From Octopus bimaculoides (Eukaryota), in the NCBI RefSeq assembly GCF_001194135.2, contig NC_068985.1, forward strand, positions 78,993,726 through 79,057,725: DNA of 64,000 bases, in the 5' to 3' direction. Of the stretch, positions 26,766 to 38,781 are shown in pieces. The stretch's first letter is position 1. The number at the start of each line of letters is the position of its first letter. The notes under the pieces are model-generated. The model did no database searches. It was not told the origin of the DNA and worked only from the letters and a program-made list of their open reading frames with translations. The translations under genes and the position numbers were made by a program.

Positions 26766-27124
26766 GTCATATGAACTTAATGAGTATTTTTAAATTTGTT
26801 TATTAATTTATTATGATTGAATTTCGAACTCAGAGTACTGAAAAAAAAAAAAACAGAATGGAGGTAAATTTGCTTTTATAAAGTTACCAGGCAGGGTTTG
26901 GTGATAAATGGGAAAAGAAAGGACCCTCTGCACTAAAGTAACCTCTACATTAAGGGGTGATAAACCTATTTAGTAACCATGGACTAATTGCAATTGCCTA
27001 AGAACGTGAGGACACACCTGTGAAGATAAAAATAATGAATCATTAATTTTATAAATTCATAGACATGCACACGATCACACTAAATAACATTTATTAATGC
27101 ATTAATTAGCCGGATAATAAATAA

Positions 27125-27878
27125 TGTTTTCTAATTTTGGCACAAAGCCAACAATTTAGGGAACAGGAGACCAGTCAGTTACATCGGCTCCAGTACTTGA
27201 CTGGTATTTTATTTTTTAACCTCGCATGAATTAAAGACGAAGTTGACCACGGCAGGATTTGAACTCAGAATGTAAAGAGTCGGAACAGATATTGCAAAGC
27301 ATTTTCCGACGCTCTAACAATTCTACCAGCTCGCCGCACTTAATAGTTTCTAATTTAAAACAAGACCAGAAATTTTGAGAGGAGGGGTCTTAGTGTATAG
27401 CATCAATCTTTATATTTAGCTGGTATTTTATTTTATCGGCTCCGAAAGAATGAAAGGTAAAGTCAATCTCGGCGACATTTGAACTCAGAATGTAAAGCCG
27501 GAAATGCTACTTCTGTCCACACGTTAACGATTCTGCCAGCTCGCCGCCTTAAAGTCAAAAAGTAATATCTTTTTTTTATGATAGGCATCAAATTTGTTGG
27601 GGAACGGGCATAGAGGGGGCTCGTCAATTACATCGACATCCAGTATTTAACTTGTATTGTTTCATCGACCTCTAGCGCGACAAGCTGGCAGAATCGTATG
27701 TGCGCCGGGAAAAATGCCCAACGGTATTTCGCTCGTCTTTACGTTCTGAGTTCAAATTCCGCTGCAAATTCCTTTCATCTTTTCGGAGTCAATAAGATAA
27801 GTACGTGAGCATTGAGATCGATCTAATCGACTTAGCCCCTTCCCTGAAATTTCTGGCCTTGTGCCAAAATTTGAAACC
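27125..27878. mobile_element. Cluster of four SINE family B copies: 27125-27340 (-), 27345-27550 (-), 27570-27672 (-, partial), 27676-27878 (+)
   Basis: Repeated GGTATTTTATTTT..AAAG..GAACTCAGAATGTAAAG..ATTCT.CCAGCTCGCCGC on the minus strand, then GCTGGCAGAATCGT..GTTCTGAGTTCAAATTCCGC on the plus strand. Confidence 0.85.
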
Positions 27879-27879
27879 C

Positions 27880-28125
27880 TTATTTCATCGATATTGTTAT
27901 GATATTGTCTTGTGCTAATTTTATGCCTTCCGGCCTTTCTTCTACTGTGTACTTATTTATCCCAAACTGCAGTCCAATATCTTTATTGTATACTCTCACT
28001 ATGTGGATCAAAGACTCTAGGTCTGTCTTGTTTTTCGTATATGGCTTGAGGTCATCCATATAAAGTACGTGATTGATTCTCATCTTCAATTTGACAAACT
28101 CATAGGCAGGCATGGATTTTCTCAT
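27880..28125 (-). mobile_element. R4/Dong-clade LINE RT fragment
   Basis: ORF track gives INHVLYMDDLKPYTKNKTDLESLIHIVRVYNKDIGLQFGINKY, the YMDD catalytic region typical of R4/Dong RT. Confidence 0.8.
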
Positions 28126-28424
28126 GCTTGTCAGAGGAAGAGTAACAGAGAGAGAGAGAGCAAGAATCCCTGAAAAATACCCCTGCTTATCTTCACGTTA
28201 CCTAGTGATTCACTGGTATATGCAAGTTCTACTTCCCACGCTCTCATTGATTTCAATTATTAAGGCGTCGGTCAAATTGCTCCTATATTAGGATTTTCTA
28301 TTTCAATTAATAATTTTAAAAGTATTAATCAAACATATTTATTCTTCCGTTAATAGTTAATCTTGACAATATGCTTAGCGGAATTTCGGCTGTCTTTGCG
28401 TTCTGAGTTCAAAGTTTGCCAAGG

Positions 28425-28632
28425 AAGGCGATGAGCTGGCAGAATAGCACGCCGGACAAATTGCTTAGCGATATTTCGTCTGTTCTCAATTCAGATTCCG
28501 CCGAGGTCAACTTTGCCTTTCATCCTTTCGGGGTCGATGAAATGAGTACCAGTTGAGCACTAGGATCGACGTAATCGACTTATCCCTTCCTCCGAAATTG
28601 CTGGCGTTGCGCCAAAATTTGGAATCAATATT
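28425..28632 (+). mobile_element. SINE family B, best-preserved copy
   Basis: AAGGCGATGAGCTGGCAGAAT..CAGATTCCGCCGAGGTCAACTTTGCCTTTCATCCTTTCGGGGTCGATGAAATGAGTACCAGTTGAGCACTAGGATCGAC. Confidence 0.85.
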
Positions 28633-28739
28633 AATCTTAGGAACCCAAATTAATCTTTACTTTTACTTAAATTTCATGATAATTATAACATAGATACAAC
28701 ATCGATTTGGTCTTTAAATCTTTCCGAATTACTTATTTT

Positions 28740-28975
28740 TCCGAGCAAGACGCTTTATTTCACGTTGCTCCAGTTCACTCAGCTGTAGAAATGAGTTGCG
28801 ACGTCACAGGTGCCAAGCTGTATCGGCCCCTTTGCCTTTCCCTTGTATAACACTGGTTGCGTGGAGAGGGGAGGTCAGTATGCATGGGCGACTGCTGGTC
28901 TTCCATAAACAACCTTGCCCGGACTTGTACCTCGGAGGGTAACTTTCTAGGTGCAATCCCATGGTCAATCATGTA
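28740..28975 (+). mobile_element. SINE family C, 5'-truncated
   Basis: GAGCAAGACGCTTTATTTCACGTTGCTCCAGTTCACTCAGCTGTAGAAATGAGTTGCGACGTCAC..GGAGGGTAACTTTCTAGGTGCAATCCCATGG, homologous to 9250-9420. Confidence 0.8.
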
Positions 28976-29262
28976 ATACTCTATAATGCAAAGTACTAGT
29001 CAGTGCGAGGTACCACAAATTCATCTGAGGGCTGCGGGAATTTCAAGTTCCTGCTCGTAAATTATTGCGGATTATAAGAAGTTCCAGACTATCAGTGTCC
29101 GGAAATTCGGTGCTGTAGCTGTACAAAAATCTTTTTATTTATTCATTCATTTATTCATTCTGACCCGTGCTCTAAGTGCTTTGATGTTAAAGCATTCTTT
29201 CATTCTTTCATATCTTTGAGCCCTAAGGCTCGAGCACCGCTATTAAAAAAAAAAATTAAAGG

Positions 29263-29333
29263 CACATTGGCTGGGAATCAAACCCGGGTTACCCGCGTGG
29301 AAGGCAAGCATTCTAACACTGAACCATCGATGC
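29263..29333 (-). pseudogene. tRNA-Gly pseudogene (Gly-GCC-type body, anticodon reads TCC)
   Basis: Minus strand GCATCGATGGTTCAGTGTTAGAATGCTTGCCTTCCACGCGGGTAACCCGGGTTTGATTCCCAGCCAATGTG, 71 nt, anticodon at 29299-29301. Lesions in the D-loop GG, the T-loop (TTTG) and the acceptor stem. A T-run terminator lies immediately downstream. Confidence 0.85.
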
Positions 29334-30369
29334 GCACATCATAAAAATTTTTATTTTTTCTTAACATGATATGAAGTTTCAAAGTACATTATCAGTTGAC
29401 GATTTCAAACTAGAATGAAGGCGAAATTTCAGTCGGGGAAGAGAAGTTCCATGTATTCCTTCAATATGGTTACTCGACCTGGTAGAAATACGAGCCTAAT
29501 CTCCACCAATTCATACACCGTTGTCTTGAAATGAAAGGATACAATGTATAATATAGCTCCGGTTGGATTATAAATTAGCTTGATCAAGAGTTGATATGAG
29601 AAACTATAGCACCAACGTGGAAAGTAAAAAAGCTGGCTGTCCATTCTTTACCACATGGAGGCAGCGAGCCGGCAAGACATTCTTGAAGACAGACTAGGTC
29701 GATAACTTGATCCGTTCCACATATTATTTGATTATAATCTTTCAATACAGCAAACTAGATAAACAGGGCAAGCCTGCATGTGTGTGTGTTTATCTAAAAC
29801 CGTCATTTTTCTTCTGTACATTGAACGTCCGAACGTCCGAACGCCCGATGTGCTATGCTTAAACAGTTTCTTCCTGGTTCTCTTTAAAATGGAACTCTCT
29901 TTAGCTTGTATTGCCACAGAATTTTTTTTTTTTTTATTGCTAGGACATTGTCCGTAATTATGGACTTGGACGCATTCCGCAAAAAGAAAAATCAAGTTCC
30001 TTGTTGTCTATTGAATTTGTTGTTCTGATTTAGAATTTCGTGATTGGGTGTATACGATCCACGTCCTACTTATGTCTTTGACCACACTGTCTAACAACAG
30101 TCTATATACCAAGTTTTCACCCCCGCTCTATGCTAGATCTAGTATTACATCTCAGTTACAGCGACCGAAATAATTGAATGAACTAATAAGTATCTGAAAC
30201 TTTGGCACAGGAACACAGTTTCCAGAGAAGGAGTTGAGTCGATAAAGTCGATCATAGTATAATATTGTTAGTAATTATTTTATCGATCACGGAACAATAA
30301 AAAGCAAATCGAACACCGATGGGATTTTTGTTTCTCATAACCTAAAAATACGGGAATAATAAGAAAATG

Positions 30370-31325
30370 ACCATAAAACGTCATGTTAAAAGTACAAAAT
30401 GTCATGCCAAGACATACAAAATGTCATTCTAAGGACTTCAAAATGTCAAGCTTTAGATTACAAAGTGTCATGTGTGCTACGAAATAAGCTAAAAGCTATA
30501 ATACTTCATGTTTCTTCTTCTTCTTCGGTCGCGCTGCTTTTGTGGATTCCCATGATTCTCTGTTTCCATCCATTCCTATTATTATGAATTTGAACTGGGA
30601 GCTCGAGTCATATTACATCTTTCATTAGTTGATTACACAACCATGGACGCCGCCCCTATGGATGCTTTGCAGTTACTCTTTTGGTATAGCTTGGTGATCC
30701 TGATCGTAGATTTTCTAGGGTTCTTCCACTCAGAATCAATGTAAGAAACACTGTTGGCTCGGTTCCATGACTTGTCATATCCTTAGTAGGATGACTGAAC
30801 GACTTCTATACCTTGCCAAAGGGCAATCCGTAACTATGCAAAGCACGGTCGTCACTCCGTTAGGTATTTTCGAAATACCCGCATGCTTCATGCTAAAATT
30901 GATAAAAGTTCATGCTAAGAATGACAACGCCATGTTAAGGACTATTTATTGCCATACTAAGTGTAATGCTAAAAATTAAACGTCATGCTAAGCACTGCAA
31001 AAATATATTGAAGTAGATAGAACTACAGAATGTTCTGAGGAGTACAAAAATATCATGTTGAAGACTGCAAAATGTCATGCTGAGTACTATGAAATATCAT
31101 GGCAAAAGCAAGATATCATAGTAAAGGACTTCGATATGCCATGCTAAAGATTACAAAATGTTATACAAAACACTATAAAAGACCTGGAGTAGAAAGGGCA
31201 TGTCATTGAAGAGGTCGCGAATAGCGAGAGAGGATTTGATTGACCGAATGATTAATAAAACAATCAATTAGTTAATTGATTAAATGGTTTACCAGTTAAA
31301 TAGAAATAATGGAGTGAAATAGAAC

Positions 31326-31369
<44 letters not shown>

Positions 31370-31615
31370 ATTGGCATAATGAATGGTCCTGAGATACAAC
31401 AGTATAAAATGGTAATACTGATGCTAAAAAACTACAAATCACCATACAAAAGATTGCAAATACAAGGGAGATGACTATAAAATGGCATGCCAAGAGCTAT
31501 AAAATGTTATACTAAGGACTACATGCTGTCCTAATAAGGACTACAAAATGTTATACAAAGGACTATAAATTACCATGCAAATAATTACAAAACATTGAGG
31601 AAAGGACTACAAAAA
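30370..31615 (+). repeat. Degenerate 22-bp minisatellite (AAAATGTCATGCTAAGGACTAC) in three blocks: about 30370-30490, 30860-31180, 31420-31615
   Basis: Units such as CAAAATGTCATGCCAAGACATA and CAAAATGTCATTCTAAGGACTT recur with 22-nt period. Confidence 0.8.
30505..30850 (-). mobile_element. RTE-clade LINE 3' end with (GAA)n tail, inserted in the minisatellite
   Basis: Minus-strand frames give GRRPWLCNQLMKDV and NRESWESTKAARP followed by GAAGAAGAAG, resembling the RTE C-terminal GRP..DQL..D / DR..W..AR. Confidence 0.6.
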
Positions 31616-32344
31616 TTCCGCCAAGAAGTTGGCAAAAATCTCTTAACCAGTACAATAGATCAGGTAAAACTAAAGCGGACAGTGGAAAACAAACATTACC
31701 AGCGTTGCATAGTTCAGGCAAATATCCTGACACAATAAATTCCTTTTGATAAATCAGCATCAATTTATTCTCATCTGAAGGACCAACTGGAAGCATTGTT
31801 GTAATGATTAAATGAATGTATCTACTCATATGATGATTTAACAATCATTTTTAGATGTACTGGCAATGAAGGAGAAGACGATAGTGGTAAATGATGGTAG
31901 CATGTGTTTAAGAGATATTCATGTTATAAATAAATATCCATATATTTATTTATAACATGATAAACAATTGTATATTTATTATGTCCCCTAACAGGAAAAT
32001 CGTTAAGACTACAGATTCAAATATGTTATAACATTCAATTACTTCAGATTATGGTCTGAGTTCCGGGATAAATCAGATGAGTAATAATTCATAACAACTT
32101 GGCGTTAATTAAATCCACTTCATTTCACGCTGTTTACCTGTTCCTCCAAGTTAAAAACCATTAATATTAGTAAAGTGGTGGAATGATAGATCTACAAGAA
32201 CACCAACGTAAATGTCTTGCACTATTTAATTAGTTTTTCTACGTTCTGAATTCAAATTCCGCTGAGATCGACATTACAAGCATTCGCACCTGGTCTACCC
32301 CACCTGTACAAAAGTGGTTTCGATTTTTGATATGGTCGCCCCGT

Positions 32345-32420
32345 GTTCAAATCCCGCCCGAATCAACTTTGCCTTTCATCATTTCGGCCTCGGTAAATAA
32401 TGTACCAGTTCGGTACTGAA
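32345..32420 (+). mobile_element. SINE family B fragments (also 32175-32280)
   Basis: GTTCAAATCCCGCC..CAACTTTGCCTTTCATC..CGGTAAATAATGTACCAGTT. Confidence 0.6.
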
Positions 32421-32499
32421 CCAATTCTACCTCTCTTCCTCTCTCCCCAGACTTTCTCTGTGTTATAATATAATGTAAATACAAGAGATGTATATAATA

Positions 32500-32714
32500 A
32501 TACCACACGCGCGCGCACGAACACATACACACACCCACCCAGACACATATATACATACACACACGCGCACTTAACACAAATAAATATATACACATGTATG
32601 TAGACAGATAAAAATATACATACACCCACACCCACATGTATACACACACACGCACATACACATGTATATATGAACGTATTTATATGTGCAGTAATAGAAC
32701 CATACACATGCATG

Positions 32715-32747
<33 letters not shown>

Positions 32748-32765
32748 ACATTTAGAATATAAATG
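32500..32765. repeat. Compound (CA)/(TA)/(TG) microsatellite
   Basis: Read directly. Confidence 0.9.
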
Positions 32766-33059
32766 TAGAACGTAACCTGCGAGACTCGAATCATGCATTT
32801 TCAGTAAATAAATCATCTAAAGGTGTATCTCAAAGCGAATGCAAGTATAAATAAATTGAACTAGAATGGGTTTAAAAGCCAGTTAGGCCCGGAGGTTACT
32901 TCGATTAAATTACTAATACCTCTATCAAGACTACAGAAGATGCATGATTCGAATTGCACATGTTGCGTTCGTTTTCTTTCTTTCCTTTTCTTTTTGTTTT
33001 TGCATCTATTTTTTTTTTTTTTTTAATCAAGACTCATCAGCACACCGGACAAGCTGCTG

Positions 33060-33225
33060 GTATTTCACCTGGTTTTATGTTCTGATTATAAATTCCTGCG
33101 TGGTCGACTTTGCCTTTCACACTTTTGGGATCGATGAAAGAGGAATCAGTTGACCGCAGGGGGCAATGTTATCGACTAGGTTCCTGCCCTAAATTTCAAA
33201 CCTTGTATCTATAGTAGAAAGGATT
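33060..33225 (+). mobile_element. SINE family B
   Basis: GGTCGACTTTGCCTTTCACACTTTTGGGATCGATGAAA..AATTTCAAACCTTGTATCTATAGTAGAAAGGATT. Confidence 0.7.
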
Positions 33226-33759
33226 CCTACAAACTGTTATTCATAGTTGTATTCNNNNNNNNNNNNNNNNNNNNNNNNNNNNNNNNNNNNNNNNNNNNNN
33301 NNNNNNNNNNNNNNNNNNNNNNNNNNNNNNNNNNNNNNNNNNNNNNNNNNNNNNNNNNNNNNNNNNNNNNNNNNNNNNNNNNNNNNNNNNNNNNNNNNNN
33401 NNNNNNNNNNNNNNNNNNNNNNNNNNNNNNNNNNNNNNNNNNNNNNNNNNNNNNNNNNNNNNNNNNNNNNNNNNNNNNNNNNNNNNNNNNNNNNNNNNNN
33501 NNNNNNNNNNNNNNNNNNNNNNNNNNNNNNNNNNNNNNNNNNNNNNNNNNNNNNNNNNNNNNNNNNNNNNNNNNNNNNNNNNNNNNNNNNNNNNNNNNNN
33601 TATATATATATATATATATATGGTATTTAATATACGCAGGATTTAAACTCGAGCTATATCAGTTTCATGCTGTGAAAACAGGGACAACCCCGTACAGTGT
33701 GACATGTGGTTTTCAAGCATTATTTCAGACTCAAATACACAACATTGCTGGTCTTAGAT

Positions 33760-35000
33760 AAAAAATCTCGGAAGGATGCTGGTCTAACACACCTCTTTAA
33801 GGACTTAGATGATATCCTTAAAGCCTTGGGATCAGATTTGAACTCTGATATCATATATCTTGACTTCAGTAAAGCGTTTGACAGAGTCGATCATAATATC
33901 CCACTGTCAAAATTGTCAAATGTTAGAATTCGTGGAAAGCTACTCTATTGGATTGAGTATTTCCTGGAGAACAGAACACAACATGCTGTGATCGGTGGAA
34001 TCCACTCAAGTCCAGCAAAAGTCACTAGTGTTCTCCTTCAGGGGACTGTCTTGGGCCCGCTTCTGTTTATAGTCTATACAAAGGATATTTCAAGCGTCAT
34101 AAAACACAGCAAAATATTTGCCGATGACTCCAGAAAATTATCAACAGAGAAGACCGAACTGAAGTCCATTTTGATCTACATTCTGTAAGTCAGTGGGCAG
34201 ACAAAAACAAAATGCAGCTAAACGAGGGAAAATTTGAACTGATGCATTTTAGAAGAAAGATTATGCTAAAAGAAGCATATTCTCTTCCCTCAGGGGAACC
34301 ACTTACAACATCTAATAATATCAGAGACCTAGGAGTAATTGTTGACAACAATCTCAGCTGGATTGCCCACATCAACAATAAAGTCGATATAGCTCGTAGG
34401 ATGAGTTCCTGGATCCTAAGAACATTCCGGTCCAGAGAACAAGGTGTCATCATTCCTCTTTTCTCCTCCTTTGTTCGGTCACACATCGAATATTGCTGTC
34501 CCCTGTAGTCTCCCCATACAAAACAAAACATTTCGAAAACTGAATCACCCCAGAAGACATTCACTAAATTAAGGGCATGACTGATCTCGTTTATTGGGAC
34601 CGCCTTAAAGCATTGAAACTCTATTCTTTCCAGCGCCTCCGTGAGCGATACATCATTTGCACGATGTGGAGAAAATAGCACCAGCATTGCCCAAACGACC
34701 TCAACATTAGTTTCAGAATTCATACAAATCTAGAACCACGTGCCATACGTCCCCTATCCAATTCAGGATCACAACACATAAAAACATTGCAACACAATTT
34801 CTTTTCCTCAACAGATCCTGCCTTATCCCAAAACAGATCAAAGGGGAAAAAGTATCCTATCACCTTTAAACGGATTTTCGACAAATTTTTTCAAGGAATA
34901 TCAGATAAGCCACCTATACCTGGATACACCTCACTCAAAGAGAACTCGTTACTCGAATGGGCCATGATACCACAAAACTTTGCCTAAGACCAATCATTGA
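33760..35000 (+). mobile_element. CR1-clade LINE, RT to 3' end, degraded
   Basis: IIYLDFSKAFDRVDH, QGTVLGPLLFIVY, KIFADDS, IRDLGVIVDNNLSW, ILRTFRSRE, HIEYCCPL and DKPPIPGY. Ends at (CA)n. Confidence 0.92.
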
Positions 35001-35003
35001 TTG

Positions 35004-35036
<33 letters not shown>

Positions 35037-35954
35037 NNNNNNNNNNNNNNNNNNNNNNNNNNNNNNNNNNNNNNNNNNNNNNNNNNNNNNNNNNNNNNNN
35101 NNNNNNNNNNNNNNNNNNNNNNNNNNNNNNNNNNNNNNNNNNNNNNNNNNNNNNNNNNNNNNNNNNNNNNNNNNNNNNNNNNNNNNNNNNNNNNNNNNNN
35201 NNNNNNNNNNNNNNNNNNNNNNNNNNNNNNNNNNNNNNNNNNNNNNNNNNNNNNNNNNNNNNNNNNNNNNNNNNNNNNNNNNNNNNNNNNNNNNNNNNNN
35301 NNNNNNNNNNNNNNNNNNNNNNNNNNNNNNNNNNNNNNNNNNNNNNNNNNNNNNNNNNNNNNNNNNNNNNNNNNNNNNNNNNNNNNNNNNNNNNNNNNNN
35401 NNNNNNNNNNNNNNNNNNNNNNNNNNNNNNNNNNNNNNNNNNNNNNNNNNNNNNNNNNNNNNNNNNNNNNNNNNNNNNNNNNNNNNNNNNNNNNNNNNNN
35501 NNNNNNNNNNNNNNNNNNNNNNNNNNNNNNNNNNNNNNNNNNNNNNNNNNNNNNNNNNNNNNNNNNNNNNNNNNNNNNNNNNNNNNNNNNNNNNNNNNNN
35601 NNNNNNNNNNNNNNNNNNNNNNNNNNNNNNNNNNNNNNNNNNNNNNNNNNNNNNNNNNNNNNNNNNNNNNNNNNNNNNNNNNNNNNNNNNNNNNNNNNNN
35701 NNNNNNNNNNNNNNNNNNNNNNNNNNNNNNNNNNNNNNNNNNNNNNNNNNAAATAACCAATATATTAAAAAAAAAAGTATAACAAAAACATCTCGTAAAA
35801 TCTGTTACAATACACGTTTAATACCATTATGGTAACGTTTACGTTTAGCACATACATCTTTTCAATCATGTTTTTTTCTCTTATTTTAATTTTTGTTTTC
35901 TTACTGGAATCTTAATTTATATCTATTGTCATAAAATATATTTCGGTAAGAAAA

Positions 35955-35986
35955 CATTATGCTTCATATACATACACACACACACA

Positions 35987-36062
<76 letters not shown>

Positions 36063-36610
36063 AACACACACACATACATATATATACATATACATATATA
36101 TACTTACACACATAGACATATACACACACATATATGTACATATACACATATATATATGCACACACAGATATGTATACATATACATACATACACACGCACA
36201 TATATATATATATATACACATACATATACATGTACACACACACACACATACACACACATATATAAACTTACTTGGAAATGGATGCGTGACGTTCAATCCA
36301 ATAATAATAAAATCTATATATGTATATATAATATATATGTATATATATATACATATATATATGCATATATATATATATATGTATATATATATATGTATAT
36401 ATGTGTGTATATATATATACACATACATATACATGTACACACACACACACACATACACACACATATATAAACTTACTTGGAAATGGGTGCGTGACGTTCA
36501 ATCCAATAATAATAAAATCTATATATGTATATATAATATATATGTATATATATATACATATATATATGCACATATATATATATGTATATATATATATGTA
36601 TATATGTGTG

Positions 36611-36656
<46 letters not shown>
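35955..36656. repeat. Compound microsatellite field containing a 205-bp tandem unit
   Basis: Unique core AAACTTACTTGGAAATGG(A/G)TGCGTGACGTTCAATCCAATAATAATAAAATC at 36264 and 36469. Confidence 0.9.
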
Positions 36657-37362
36657 NNNNNNNNNNNNNNNNNNNNNNNNNNNNNNNNNNNNNNNNNNNN
36701 NNNNNNNNNNNNNNNNNNNNNNNNNNNNNNNNNNNNNNNNNNNNNNNNNNNNNNNNNNNNNNNNNNNNNNNNNNNNNNNNNNNNNNNNNNNNNNNNNNNN
36801 NNNNNNNNNNNNNNNNNNNNNNNNNNNNNNNNNNNNNNNNNNNNNNNNNNNNNNNNNNNNNNNNNNNNNNNNNNNNNNNNNNNNNNNNNNNNNNNNNNNN
36901 NNNNNNNNNNNNNNNNNNNNNNNNNNNNNNNNNNNNNNNNNNNNNNNNNNNNNNNNNNNNNNNNNNNNNNNNNNNNNNNNNNNNNNNNNNNNNNNNNNNN
37001 NNNNNNNNNNNNNNNNNNNNNNNNNNNNNNNNNNNNNNNNNNNNNNNNNNNNNNNNNNNNNNNNNNNNNNNNNNNNNNNNNNNNNNNNNNNNNNNNNNNN
37101 NNNNNNNNNNNNNNNNNNNNNNNNNNNNNNNNNNNNNNNNNNNNNNNNNNNNNNNNNNNNNNNNNNNNNNNNNNNNNNNNNNNNNNNNNNNNNNNNNNNN
37201 NNNNNNNNNNNNNNNNNNNNNNNNNNNNNNNNNNNNNNNNNNNNNNNNNNNNNNNNNNNNNNNNNNNNNNNNNNNNNNNNNNNNNNNNNNNNNNNNNNNN
37301 NNNNNNNNNNNNNNNNNNNNNNNNNNNNNNTTTTATTTGCTTTTTTCATTTTAAATTTGCTT

Positions 37363-37412
37363 TAACCCTAACCCTAACCCTAGGGTTAGGGTTAGGGTTA
37401 GGGTTAGGGTTA
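37363..37412. repeat. Interstitial telomeric palindrome (TAACCC)3-(TAGGGT)5
   Basis: TAACCCTAACCCTAACCC TAGGGTTAGGGTTAGGGTTAGGGTTAGGGT, centred on CCCTAGGG. Confidence 0.95.
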
Positions 37413-37839
37413 ATTGTTTCAGAATCGTTTGTTTATGTAGTCGGCACTTAATGTATATCGGCTGAATGGACGTCAGTGATTGGTTGAAATTACAGAAATA
37501 CGACAAATTTAACATGGAATAACTTATGGATTTCTTGTTTTTTTAAGAAGACTAAGAGAAAAAGATGTTTTATATGACACATTCTACCAGTGTTCCAAGT
37601 TTCAAAGTGTTTCGTTAATGAAAAATGTGGGCCCCGTTTTAAAAAAGATCCGACAGTTGCTCCCATAAGTACCAAAATAAAATTTTTGATTTATGGAGGG
37701 TCAAAGTTGGGAATAAAAACAGGGCAGTGGAGACATACAAGGAAACCGAACGCAAACAAACATGGAGGATAGTTAGACCAGAACGAGGATAAAATAGCGA
37801 ACACTGGAGAAATATTTTCTTTGAAAAGACTCATATTGT

Positions 37840-38017
37840 CGATCAATGCTCGAAATGAGGAGTAGTTAGACAGCCGACACCTAATGAAGGTTCGTTTTTT
37901 ATGTTACTTGTTCTGTTTTCTATTTGTTTCTCTGGTTCTTTGCGTATTGAACTTATCGGTTTTAGTATTTCATGTTGTTTACTTTTGGTAACGTCTTGTA
38001 CCCGTATATGCATATAT
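37840..38017 (+). repeat. Family H terminal module abutting (TA)n
   Basis: CTCGAAATG..GTTAGA..CTAATGAAGG..T-rich..AACGTCTTGTACCCGTATATGCATATAT, homologous to 43560-43720. Confidence 0.6.
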
Positions 38018-38697
38018 NNNNNNNNNNNNNNNNNNNNNNNNNNNNNNNNNNNNNNNNNNNNNNNNNNNNNNNNNNNNNNNNNNNNNNNNNNNNNNNNNNN
38101 NNNNNNNNNNNNNNNNNNNNNNNNNNNNNNNNNNNNNNNNNNNNNNNNNNNNNNNNNNNNNNNNNNNNNNNNNNNNNNNNNNNNNNNNNNNNNNNNNNNN
38201 NNNNNNNNNNNNNNNNNNNNNNNNNNNNNNNNNNNNNNNNNNNNNNNNNNNNNNNNNNNNNNNNNNNNNNNNNNNNNNNNNNNNNNNNNNNNNNNNNNNN
38301 NNNNNNNNNNNNNNNNNNNNNNNNNNNNNNNNNNNNNNNNNNNNNNNNNNNNNNNNNNNNNNNNNNNNNNNNNNNNNNNNNNNNNNNNNNNNNNNNNNNN
38401 NNNNNNNNNNNNNNNNNNNNNNNNNNNNNNNNNNNNNNNNNATAAAACTCCGAATTTCGGATGCCAGGGTGGGGGCCCACGCCAACATCTCTTCAGTTAT
38501 CCGGCCAATTGAAAATTCCTGTAAAAAATGACCGTTAAAAACAAAGAGAAATTATTGTGTAGTGACAAGGTCAAAACGCGTCTAAAACTGCGTATATTCT
38601 CTCATGCATGCATATATCCATATACGCACGCACATATCTCTATATACGCACGCATATATCTACATACGCACGCATCCACGCACACATTCACAATATA

Positions 38698-38778
<81 letters not shown>

Positions 38779-38781
<3 letters not shown>

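Noticed and set aside
30370-31615. Regularly spaced repeats as a possible CRISPR array
   Set aside because: Units are head-to-tail and degenerate, with no unique spacers and no cas genes; the context is eukaryotic.
37363-37412. True telomere or classical chromosome-fusion site
   Set aside because: Only eight units, internal to the scaffold, and the orientation is opposite to a fusion junction.
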